From positions 248,001 through 312,000 of the forward strand of contig NW_025766692.1 in the NCBI RefSeq assembly GCF_003918875.1: DNA of 64,000 nucleotides, written 5' to 3'. The notes beneath the pieces were generated by a model that was not told where the DNA came from, searched no databases, and saw only the letters and a program-made list of their open reading frames with translations. Within the stretch, counting starts at the first letter, position 1. Each line of letters begins with the position of its first letter. The translations under genes were made by a program, and so were the position numbers. Source of the stretch: Haliotis rubra (lineage: Eukaryota). Shown piece after piece: positions 13,645-25,363 of the stretch.

Positions 13645-14215
13645 GTAAGTGGACTTGTATGTCACACAAGACCTGCTCTAGTGGGTAGTCTAGAGCAGAA
13701 TTAGTCCAACACAACCCATTTTGTCCTACAAGACAACCGCACTAGATGGATCAGGTGGTCAGGCTCATTGAGTTGGTCTTTTGTATCATCATACCAAACA
13801 TTTCGGAAGCTGTAATAAGGATCACTGGATTGTTGTTAGATGTGTGTCATTTACAGGCAACCACACATTAAGTGATATGGTTTACTCATTTTTGTTCAGG
13901 ATGCTGAGATATTTCTTACTGTTAGAGAGGAAATACATTGCACATTTGCATGTTTGTTTTAAATCTAAAATGCATTTGTTGCATGGTTGGATGAAACATT
14001 TCCAACCAGTTTGATGCACTTAGTTTATCATTTTCAAATGTTGAGATGTACAGATGAAATAAACAATATTTTCAAGTCATGTTACTTAAGTCTTAAGATT
14101 ATTATGTGGAATGTGATCAAGAGTTGATGTTTGATGATAGATCCAAGTATCACCTCTGTAATGGGCATAGGTAGAAATGAATTTGAAATCTAAATACTGA
14201 TCTCATGAGAAACCC

Positions 14216-14775
14216 CATTCTCTTCCCACAGAGGTTACTCCTGTCATATCTTCCTACGTAACCTCTGTTCTAATACGGCACTTTCATGGTGTGAGCGTTC
14301 AAGACTCGTGATTGGAGACAATCAGATTTAGTTGTGCAATCAGCGACGTTGTTTCAAAAGTGATCATTCGCAAGGCCTCGGTAATTTCCGTATGCTTCCA
14401 GAAAACTAAACTTCTTCCCCTGCGCGATGCGTAAACGTTTCTTCTAGACCGAACTCAGTCATGTTATGGCGGATCAGTGGCGTCTCCATCGCCCTCGTTG
14501 ACAACGGACAAGCTAGCCATTAAACGTCTTGTTTGTAACATCAACACAAGTCCCCGGCAGATGGGGGATATTTGTGGCCCCACATTTGCTTGTGTTAGTC
14601 AAGTTGAATCTAAGTCGATGTAACAGGTGTTCTGATTGGATAGAAAGAAGGGAGATAATTCGTGTTGCGATCTTTTGCCGCTAGGGGATTTTACGAGAAC
14701 ACGGAAATATGGCCGTATTAGAACAGAGGTTACGTAGGAAGATATGACAGGAGTAACCTCTGTGGGAAGAGAATG
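14216..14775. mobile_element. MITE with ~63-bp perfect TIRs
   Basis: CATTCTCTTCCCACAGAGG...CCTCTGTGGGAAGAGAATG; 9-bp TSD GAGAAACCC (MULE-like length). Confidence 0.9.
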
Positions 14776-15052
14776 GAGAAACCCTTAAAAATATTAAATT
14801 CTTCTGACTTAAGAATAGTTTTCTACTGGTTATTCGTTGTTACTGTCCTTGTTAATGGACAGGAGATGCAGTTTCGAGTGGTACACACACAGAATACCTA
14901 CCAGCCATATTGTTTAGTGTCACGTCACCCAAACCCGACATTTTTTGTGAAGTTTTAAGATAAACTTGCTTGCTTTCAAAGATGGCAGAAGGTATCCGTA
15001 GTCTTACCTTTCATGTTATGGAGGTTCACAGTGGCATGTGTCTTAATTCCAG

Positions 15053-15404
15053 GATACATCGGAGCCAGCATATGTAAAATGGTTGACAAGCAGAACTGAG
15101 AAGATTCTGGCAGACGGCAACTCCGACGCTAGCCTCCATCTCAAAGCAGATGAAAAGGAGCGTGAGGAATCACCCATCCCGGCAGACTCCATCCTGCCAC
15201 CTCCTAGGCAGACGGACAGAGAGAAGTTCAAGCTTCAGTTCCTCACTGAGAAGGATACTCAGGTCCCCGGAGAGTTTGCAAAGAAGTTCCGTGAGCAGAG
15301 AGATCGAAAGGACCTGCCGACTGCTCACAGTCGTATGCCATCCGTCAAAGCTCAGTCCAGCTTGGGTTTCATGGAGTCTCGGTTGTCGGAGCCTGAGGAG
15401 AGAG
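15053..15404 (+). CDS. TSGA13: TSGA13-like protein, exon D
   Basis: ttccag|GAT...AGAG|gtacac; 352 nt, phase 0 to 1; REKFKLQFLTEKDTQVPGEFAK resembles recalled TSGA13 [21 protein letters not shown]. Confidence 0.8.
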
Positions 15405-15634
15405 GTACACACATCTTGATGCTGCTTTCTCTATTAGCTGTCAGACTCATGAACTCATGTGTCATCTTCTGTCATAACCCTTGTAGGGACCCAGGGGTGG
15501 TTTTGGGGTAAATTTGGTTCCTGATCCAATATGCCCAGGAGTAATTCAGAAACAGATCAGGTCCCAAGTACCCAGTCCAAAACTTATGTTTCTGACGTAG
15601 ATAAGGTTACTGATCTGGTCTGATTCCAAAGCTG

Positions 15635-16310
15635 GTGAGATCCCTAGCACCAAGATCTGGTCTCACCAGCGTGATTGCAAGGCATGCCAGGTCTCACCAT
15701 GAAGGTGAAGTCCTCAGCACCCAGATCTGGTCTCACCATGCATGCCACATCCCCCAGATCTGGTCTCACCATGAAGGTGAGGTCCTCAGCATCCAGATCT
15801 GGTGTCACCATGCATGCCACGTCCCCCAGCACCCAGATCTGGTCTCACCATGAAGGTGAGGTCCTCAGCATCCAGATCTGGTGTCACCATGCATGCCACG
15901 TCCCCCAGCATCCAGATCTGGTGTCACCATGCATGCCACGTCCCCCAGCATCCAGATCTGGTGTCACCATGCATGCCAGGTCCCCCAGCACCCAGATCTG
16001 GTGTCACCATGCATGCCACGTCCCCCAGCACCCAGATCTGGTCTCACCATGAAGGTGAGGTCCTCAGCATCCAGATCTGGTGTCACCATGCATGCCACGT
16101 CCCCCAGCATCCAGATCTGGTGTCACCATGCATGCCACGTCCCCCAGCATCCAGATCTGGTGTCACCATGCATGCCACGTCCCCCAGCACCCAGATCTGG
16201 TGTCACCACGCATGCCAGGTCCCCAGCACCCAGATCTGGTCTCACCATGCGTGCCAGGTCCCCCAGCACCCAGATCTGGTCTCACCAGCATGATTGCAAG
16301 GCAGGTCAGG
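15635..16310. repeat. 39-40-bp minisatellite with two interspersed unit variants
   Basis: Unit CCAGATCTGGTGTCACCATGCATGCCACGTCCCCCAGCAT. Confidence 0.92.
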
Positions 16311-16390
16311 TCCCCAGTATATATAACGAAAATATTATTCAAGCCTCAAGCCATGATAAAAATAACTATACAACTGCTGTTCTCTTCCAG

Positions 16391-16581
16391 GTTCTTCTCA
16401 GGGACTACAGCGGTCTGTGACCAATACATCTAAACAGGACATGATTCGTCGCTTCACCTCAGACTGGCAGCCCCTCAGCATGAATGCTCTGGTGGAATAT
16501 AAGAAAGAAATGGCCACCGAGGGAGACGGCGAGTTTCAACATGGCCGCATGAAGATGTGGCCAGTCGTCATGTCATCCTAA
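16391..16581 (+). CDS. TSGA13: TSGA13-like protein, terminal exon
   Basis: ctcttccag|GT...TAA; WQPLSMNALVEYKKEMATEGDGEFQHGRMKMW resembles the recalled TSGA13 C-terminus [31 protein letters not shown]. Confidence 0.8.
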
Positions 16582-18301
16582 TCAATGGACGCAAGTGGCC
16601 GTGAATGGTCATGACAAATATACAACGCAAACTGACATTTTGACATAATAAGCTTGATAAAATCATGACTGAATGTTTATACTGTATCCAATATTCATTA
16701 TCCCAGTATTGTATTCTATATTTTAGCATTATCAGCAAGTATTATTGATGTGATACATATATCCATGCTTAAGCCATTTCTTATCTATTTCACTGCTTTG
16801 TTGCTATATACATATAGAAATTGGTCGATCCGAAAATAATTTTTATGACTCCACATCTTCATTATTTGTTTTGGTTTGAAGCATATAAGATAAATTGTAA
16901 ACAGTTTGCAATATAAGTATTAAAATAATTTAATGAAACAGCAACAGTAAATAAGGGTGTGGTATTTTTTACATTTAACTATTGTCAGCTGAATTTGAAA
17001 AACATGCTTCATATTGTGTACTTCATGCTTTTCTTAGGTATATTTTATACATTTCAATTATTTGGAGCCAACAGATTCATAAACCATACAAATACAAAGT
17101 CAGACCCAGGTGTTCCAATAGCCTCAATAACAGTTTGTAGGGATGCTTAGTCTGCAGTGGTACCAATGACTTATGACAAGGAATAACTGTAGTTGTAGAC
17201 TGAGATGCCAACCCAAATAGAAGCAGATAGAGACAATTGGGTTGAAAATAAGCAATTTATCAAGTAAACAATAATAATTGACTGTATGTCGTTGTTATAA
17301 AATGCAATGAATTGATTTATGTTCATCAGACTCCTCAGCATGTGTAAACATCACAAGCTCAAAAAATGACAATTGATTGTGTATGAGAATGCCTGTAGTA
17401 ATGCCAGGAGGAGATTGGAATGACTGGAGATGCTTGGTTTGTTATTAAGTTGTTAAGGTATTATTTCTTATTAATTGGTTTTTCAAAATGGTGGCCTAAA
17501 GTTTCATGGTAAGTGGCAAGGTAGAGAGGAAACAATTTTTTAATTCTAAATTAGTTCTGCTGCTCATGATGACAATTTAAACTCTTTTTCACGAAATATA
17601 GAAATTTTGCACATATACTATCTTACTAGCAATCATGACAGAAAACAGAGACTAGTCCAACAAAACAATATTCAAAAGTCGTTTTCTCTTTTTTTTCTAA
17701 ATAGTGGTTTCAACGGTCAATTTCGTAAACCAACAGAAAAACAATAAGTACCATCATATTGACAGGTTCAAAGTATTAAAATGGCATCTCAGTAACCACA
17801 GTTTTGAGTAATTCCTGAGCTTATAGATTGTACATATTTGAGTTAAGTTTTAGAGGAACAGAAATTACATTTCTTTGATAAAATAGGTACATAAATATGT
17901 ATTTGTGACAGTTTTTCTGTAGTGCTTGCCAGCTTTAAACCCCCATGTACTCCTACAGCTAATTCAGTATAGTATATATATTAACACTGTTTTCAAGGAC
18001 TTCACATTGCTTTCAAAGGAACTGGATGAATTGAGGGGAGGTAACTCTAATATTTACTTTATGATTTATAACCCACTGGTACATGCTAATCAATTGCGAG
18101 TCACATTTTTTTGGGGGGGGGGGGACTCCTCTAGATTACCTGAGAAAACCAACCCTTTAATTAACCAGTCCCTTCGCTGTATTTTTTTAAAACAGTATAC
18201 CCTTATCACAAATACTGAAGTCTGAAAATAATTCATCCTTTGAATCATATTTGTACAAATTTGATATTGTGACTGATGAAGAATGTGTTATGAATGTTTA
18301 T

Positions 18302-18637
18302 TAGGCCAGACCAATTTTATTTCTTGTTTTATGAATCCTCCAGTCATATTTTCTCAAGAATAAGAAAAAAAATAAACATTCATTTTCTCCGCTCAAAAAA
18401 GTAAAATCTTTATATTTTTATTGGCCAAAAATGTAAACTTACAAGAAAGTGTGTTTGTAATTGTTTGTTGTCCCATATACACTGCATAAATTGGCAGAAG
18501 TACAATACATGTACTTTTAATATTTAGAAGGAATATTACTTTTACTAGTGATTTTATTATTATTATTTTTCCCTCCTGCCCTTAGGTTTTCTGAGGACAA
18601 AAATCCGTAAAACAAGAAATAAAATTGGTCTGGTCTT
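18302..18637. mobile_element. MITE (Kolobok-like ends); second copy in opposite orientation at ~46741-47066
   Basis: AGGCCAGACCAATTTTATTTCTTGTTTT...AAAACAAGAAATAAAATTGGTCTGG inverted termini. Confidence 0.75.
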
Positions 18638-20748
18638 TCCTGGGACTGCCAAAAAGCCCAAGCCAAACCTCTTATTAAGGGTAGATACAAGATTCATGTA
18701 TGTACGGTATACTAGGATTATAATGAACTAGATAGGAGCACTTATTTTGGTTCGTAATAACCATGGTTTGTTATATGCTTTGGGGCTAATGTAAAAAAGT
18801 TCATTATATACATCAGTTCATCATAAGCGTGTTCACATTAAACGTAGTTTACTATTCATGTTCTATCAGTATTACCTGCCAATTAGTATTCCACTGGGAC
18901 CTTATTACCAGGTACATGAATTTACTAAAGTTATAAATACCAAAGACAAAACTCCCACATACTGTAAACTGGCACAAATTTTGCCAAGTATTCCATAACT
19001 TCTATTGTCTTCAAATATGGCGAGGTTTTAGACAGGTTGTGCTCCTTTCCATGTTGTCTTCCTGAGCGTGTAAAATATTTGTCCATGGGATCACCGACCT
19101 GCACACACCAGCTCATGTCGCTGTATAATTAGCTAACACACCTATTAGTGCAGAGCAAATACCATGGTGTGGAGAAGATGGATTTTACAGATCAGGCAGA
19201 ATTTTTATTCTAACCTAATTTTCAAACATTTTCCATCTTGATCCTTTGGCAAGTAAATGGTACACAGTGCTTAGTATTAACTGTAACAGCAGATTTTTAA
19301 GACAACCCAAATTTGAAAATTCAGACTTGAAAATCACATAGAATCCAGAAGTGGATGTTAAAAACATCACGGCTCAGGGTTCTGCATTCATGGATAAAAA
19401 AAACCAAAAGGCTCTTCATGTTGTGAAATGTTTTGTCAATATTGTAGCCTCTACTTCATCAGGTCTCAGATTTTGAAACCCAGCTGGGAATATTCTTAAT
19501 GTAATGTGTCTTCATAAATTCAGAAAGTAAATATTCCATGTACATGGATAATATTTAGATTTGTATTTGCAATTATTTATTCAGCATAAATAGTATTATT
19601 GATATTATTGTATTTGTGTATAGATTTATCGTGGTTATGTACAATGTATATTACATATATTTGTTATTGTATTTTGCTTTGCACTGAAAAGCTTCCTGTG
19701 ATATGTTTCTTTTATCATTTGAAATCAAGTATCTTATAGACACATTACCATAGAATGCCAAAGATTTGTCCATCAAGAGTTGTCCCCCTTTCCAATGAAA
19801 AACGCAAAAATGTTATTTGAATGCAAGCATCATCATTGTGCATGATTCGACTTAACATTAATCAGTTTAGAAGGGATTGAATTGAAAAAAATTATATATT
19901 CGATGTAATTAATGAACCTTTTGGTTGGATGGTGGTTTATATTTTATATATAAATAAGATGACATGCTGAAGAAAAAAGCAGTTTGCGAGAATTTCAATT
20001 GTTATTAATTATTAAAACAATGTTAAAAATCGTAAACTGTTATTTAGAATCATGAAACGGGTGGATACAGAGTGAAGATACTGCATCTATGTTTTGTATG
20101 ATGAGAATTCCTCCGTCCAGTCCTCGCGGCAGGCAGCGTCCCCGCCCAGTATACTGATGTCTGGTGCTAGACTCAGCACCTGGCACCGCACGTGTACAAC
20201 ACTCTGCACTTGTTAACGGCTCTGGTTGATGGGCAATAAAGATATACAACTCATGCAGAGTCTTTGTTATTGCAAGAGGTTTGGTGCAGATGGCTTAGCT
20301 TGGAGGTGATTGGTTGGTTTGTTGTTTAATGCCACACTCAGCAATATTCCAGCAATATGCCGTGTCTGTAAATAATCAAGTCTGGACCAGCCTATCAAGT
20401 TATCAACAGCATGATCATCGATCTACCCAATTAGAATACGATGACATGTGTCAACCAAGTTCACGAGCCTGACCACCTGATCCTGTCAGTCGCCTCTTAT
20501 GACAAGCATAGGTGCTGAAGACCAGTTCTAACCCTGATCTTCACAGGCAGCTCTGAGTTGACGTGTAGTAAAATATATCAGTTTCATTCTGGGTAATTAA
20601 CAGTGTTTGTATTCCTTGGCTTCAGACTCCCAAAGTCCAATGGACGTTAACTCACTCTCACAACTGGAAGTGAAAGCTCTTTATGTCAGATGAAGACCAT
20701 CTCCTTTTACAAACGCTCTCACCAAATAACGTATACACCCAGTTCTAC

Positions 20749-21690
20749 TAAAGTACTGTCGAAATAGAAAAAACACTGTTTTTAGGCTGTTACTCTGTAT
20801 CCCTACAATTTACAGAATTACAAATAGCGTATGTCGAAATAACCCACACTGGTCTAACTGGGGGTTCAGTGGGATGTGTAATAGGATATCCAGAAAAGCA
20901 TGTTTACTCGTCAAATCTCTTAGAAAAATACCAAATCGTTGCAATAGATATGCTGCCTTCAGGTAGGTGCTTTTCATGTGTGAAAGTCTTTCTTTCATAC
21001 AGTTTATGTTGAGAAATGTAAAAGAGTATGATACTCATAGAAAAGCTTAAATCAGCCTTTGTATTAAATGTCTCAAAACATATAGGCGGCATGACCACCC
21101 GAAGATCGACAGGACTGGATATTATTTGTAAATTGTTATGACATGCCGTTTACTTCCCCAGTTTAATTCCCCTAAAGGATTATCTTATCTTAGCTGATAT
21201 CTATATCCCCCAGCCCGACCCCAACCACCGCCTGGGACACCTGTCTTAGTTTTGCTTTTGAGACGACCCCTCCTACCTGTTTGTTTTTATAGTGATAGTG
21301 AGACTCCATGCCAGCTACATCCTTCATAGTTTCAGTATTAAAGTTATTATTTTTTACGTCCGTTATCGTTTATAATGAAGCTATGTCTAATTTCAAAATG
21401 GGCATTTAAAAATTGGCCTTTGTAATATAACATCATTGCAAACTAATTTGCATAAAGCCATGGTCTGTTCCAGGTAAGTCGCATTGGACTTCGAAAAAAC
21501 CCTCATTGTTCATTTCTGCACTAATCTCTCCTCAGTAAAATCCTTCTTTTACGTTTCCTATCTCCCTGCCACTGAGACTGTAGTTAGGCCGAACTTAGTT
21601 TAACAGATATTTCACTTTCACATATTAACTACTTAAATTTTAGATATACGTGTGAAAAAGCAGTTTTTTCTATTTCCGACAGTACTTTAA
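20749..21690. mobile_element. Non-autonomous TIR element (Kolobok-like)
   Basis: TAAAGTACTGTCGAAATAGAAAAAAC...GTTTTTTCTATTTCCGACAGTACTTTAA. Confidence 0.65.
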
Positions 21691-22887
21691 CCCACTCATT
21701 TATTCACCCATCCATCCTTCCGGCTGTCTGTCCAAACAAAACCACTCCCATGTCCATTACATTACTGGCATCCTCTTAATCTCTCCCTTATTAATTCAAC
21801 TTGGCGTAAATATTAATCCTCATTGTGTAAACATCCATCACACTTTGTGCATTAACCTGATCTACTGTGCAAACATCAATTAACATTCTCAGCCTGTACC
21901 TTAACTGTATAAACATAACTTTACCCATGTACTTAAATGCTTTACCTACAGTACTATACATCACTTGCTTGTTTACAGTGTTGGTTTATACACAGAGACA
22001 TCACTTATACTGTAATAAGAAGATGTGGGTCCATGGAGTGAGTTTAGTTTTATCCTGCTTTTGGCAATATTCCAGCAATATCACGGCAGGTGACACCGGA
22101 AATGGGATTCAGATATTGTGCTCATGTGGGGAATTGAACCCAGGTCTTTGGTGTGATGAGCAAACGCTTTATCCACTAGGCTACCTCACTGTGCGTCCAT
22201 AGAACTATCTCCCTTGTGTATCACACCAACATCCATTCGTACCATAGACAAAATGAGACAAGCTATATTCAATGGTATTTTGCTGAATAATTTCTGACAA
22301 TGTCCTAAAAATACACATATGAACTTTATCACTTCCTGACTAATTTATTAACACCCCTATCAGACAGACAGAAATGCATTAACTGTCATGCAAAAGACCC
22401 AGAATCTATTTCTACTTACATAAAATGTGTCACATTTTTGGCATCCTTGAAATGTTATATAGTTGAAATATTGCCAAGGGCAATTTTGACAGAGCATCAC
22501 ACGAAAAGGTGCTTTTTCACCCTGGCACAGTGAGAGTGAGTGTAGTTTTACGCCACACTCAGCAATATTCCAGCTATGTGGCGGCGGTCAATAATCGAGT
22601 CAGGACCAGACAATCCAGTGATCAACAGCACGAGTACAGGTTTACACAATTGGGATACGATGACATGTGTCCGCTAAGTCTGACCACTCGATCCTGTTAG
22701 TTGCCTCTTACAACAAGCATGGGTAACTGAAGATCAATTTTAACCCAGAGCATTAAGTTGGTAAGACAAGGACGTGTCAGCTCCGAGTCTGTTTGCTGTC
22801 TGTGAGTGGCGTGTTCCTCATGAACAGTGGCATGATATCTTACCGGGCAAGCACACTACAACCAGGTATAAACATGTGATTAAAATG

Positions 22888-23930
22888 CGGAAGGAGGTGA
22901 TGGGACCATAGGGCAGAAGGAAGGAGGTGATGGGACCAAGGAGAGGTGATTGAAGACATGGGACAATAGGGTGGAAGGAAGGAGGTGATGGGACCATAGG
23001 GCGGAAGGAAGGAGGTGATGGGACCATAGGGCCGAAGGAAGGAGGTGATGGGACCATAGGGCCGAAGGAAGGAGGTGATGGGACCATAGGGCCGAAGGAA
23101 GGAGGTGATGGGACCAAGGAGAGATGATTGAAGACATGGGACCATAGGGTGGAAGGAAGGAGGTGATGGGACCAAGGAGAGGGATGACTGAGGACATGGG
23201 ACCATAGAGTGGAAGGAAGCCATAATGAAATGGGACAAGGAGAGGGAGGAAGGAAGAGACAGGATTAAGGAAAAGGGTGACTGAGGAGATGGGGGTAAAG
23301 GGAAGCCAGGATTGAGATGGGACAAGGAGAGGAAGGAAGGAGGAGATGGGACGAAGGGATGGGATAATCGAGATCGGGGTCAAGGGAAGCCAGGACGGAG
23401 ATGGGACAAGGTCAGGAAGGAAGGAGGAGATGGGATGAAGGACAGGGATGATTGAAGAGATGGGGGCCAAGGGAAGCCAGGATAGAGATTGGACAAGGAG
23501 AGTTATCTGTTTGATTGGTATTTTAGAAGTTAGTAATAAGAAAGTAAGATTCTTTATGGATAACAATTTCGTTATTACATATGATGCGACATTCCGGTAT
23601 AGATTCTTATACCATTGTCTTGCTTGACGATGGTATAAGAATCGATACCGAAACAGCACATCATATATAATAAAGAAGTTGTTATCCAAACAAAATCTTA
23701 CTTTCTTAGGACAAGGAGAGGATGGGAGGAAGGAGGTGATGGGACAAAGAAAAGCCAAGGTGCAGGAGATGGGACCAAGAGATGCCAGGATGGAGAAGAT
23801 GGGACCAAGAGAAGCCAGGATGGAGGAGATGGGACCAAGAAAAGACAGGATGGAGGAGATGGGACCAAGAGAAGACAGGATGGAGGTGATGGGAGAAAGG
23901 AGAGACAGGGATGAGGAGATGGGTACAAGG
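22888..23930. repeat. Purine-rich 30-bp minisatellite
   Basis: Unit GGAGGTGATGGGACCATAGGGCCGAAGGAA with degenerate flanking units. Confidence 0.9.
23536..23708. mobile_element. Small palindromic MITE inside the purine-rich array
   Basis: TAAGAAAGTAAGATT...AATCTTACTTTCTTA with extended imperfect inverted arms. Confidence 0.7.
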
Positions 23931-25214
23931 TGTAATGATTGCGGAAATGGAATATTAGTGATGTCATCTAACATAGCACAATTTAAACTCTGTACAAAAT
24001 TATAAAATTCAATAATATATTTCCCAGCACAATTTAAACTCTGTACAAAATTATAAAATTCAATAATATATTTCCCAAATTAGTGTTGTAATAACTAATG
24101 TGACGTTTCTGTGCAGTCAAACATGACAAATTCAATAACATTTTTTTTTTCCTACACTGCCCGCTCATAGCACTTTGGCTGGAATCTTGAACAAATCCCC
24201 GACTATGCCATCCACAAATCCAGGGAAATGTCCCAAACACAAACAAGGGGACTTGGTTGTGTAATTGACCAATGTGAACTAATAAGATTGTAGAAGTGAA
24301 TTAATGGCTGACCAGCAGAACTAACACAAGGGAGAGAACTCACTCATTAACTTCCACTCCTCAGAATGAGAAAGGATCACAGAATATCAGTGACTCATAA
24401 AATATGAAGCATAGAGCTGTCTGTTGTGGCCTAAGTGGCAAGACAATATATCCCAATACCAGTCTAATGAGGCGAGACGATATATCTTGAAAGTATTGGC
24501 AAGGAACCTGCGAAACGATTATCATGATACAACTGTGGCGATACGATATGTATCCGGGTACTTTACAATTTCTAAAAACAGAACAGATATGAAAGATAAA
24601 ATGACTAAAAATGTATTTGTTATACAGCAGAACTTGTGTTACATTCACACACACTTATAAAGCTATTGATCTTTATAAAATTTCATCTTTTAATGCTTAA
24701 GAAAGTTCAGTCAAACATTCAGTATACCTTGATCTAATATAAATTTGAAACTGAAGTTTCCCAAGGGAAGTTGTGTTTCTACACCAATGCTTTCACAAGC
24801 AAACTTGTTGGCATGGAAACACAAGAAATATTTTATTCAGAATTCCAAAAATACCAAAAGGCACCAGTACACCACAAGACCTATCTATGTGCCAAGTTTG
24901 GTGAAGAAACAGTGAATGGTTTTAAAGTTCTGCTCCGGAAAAGACGAATGTGCACGCGGACGGACGGCATTTTAATACCCCCCACAAAACACGTTGCTTG
25001 GGATAATAATAAAAATTACAGTTGAATGGATATCACAAAATCAGAATAAGATCATAGGAAAAAATAAAATCTTCTTTGAGTTTTGAATGTGAATTAATAT
25101 ATATTTGTAAGAGGACATTGTTTCATTGGTCAAATAAAAAAATCACTTGGAATTTAGCTGAAAAGTTCAGTTCAGGGATATACATGGAGTCCTGTTTTTT
25201 AGGGTCCCTGGGAC

Positions 25215-25363
25215 CACAGGGGCGTGTCACGCTTAGAAACAACTTTGATTGAGGAGGGGGTGGTTCCGTCGTTACATCCCTTTCCTTTTATATAGTACTA
25301 GGGTAGGGTCTATATACCTATATGTCTTTCTAACGCTGTTTCTAAGCGTGACATGCCCCTGTG
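25215..25363. mobile_element. Small MITE
   Basis: CACAGGGGCGTGTCACGCTTAGAAACA...TGTTTCTAAGCGTGACATGCCCCTGTG; 8-bp TSD CCTGGGAC/CCTGGGGC. Confidence 0.75.

Noticed and set aside
15635-16433. Overlapping ORFs and CRISPR-like periodicity
   Set aside because: Intronic minisatellite; units repeat with no unique spacers; eukaryotic context
20038-20280. GC-rich patch resembling a solo LTR or a C/D RNA (ATGATGA...CTGA)
   Set aside because: No clear TSD/PBS, and no guide target or stem
22818-24005. 364-aa and overlapping Pro/Ser/Leu-rich ORFs
   Set aside because: Arise from the 30-bp repeat and read through an inserted MITE
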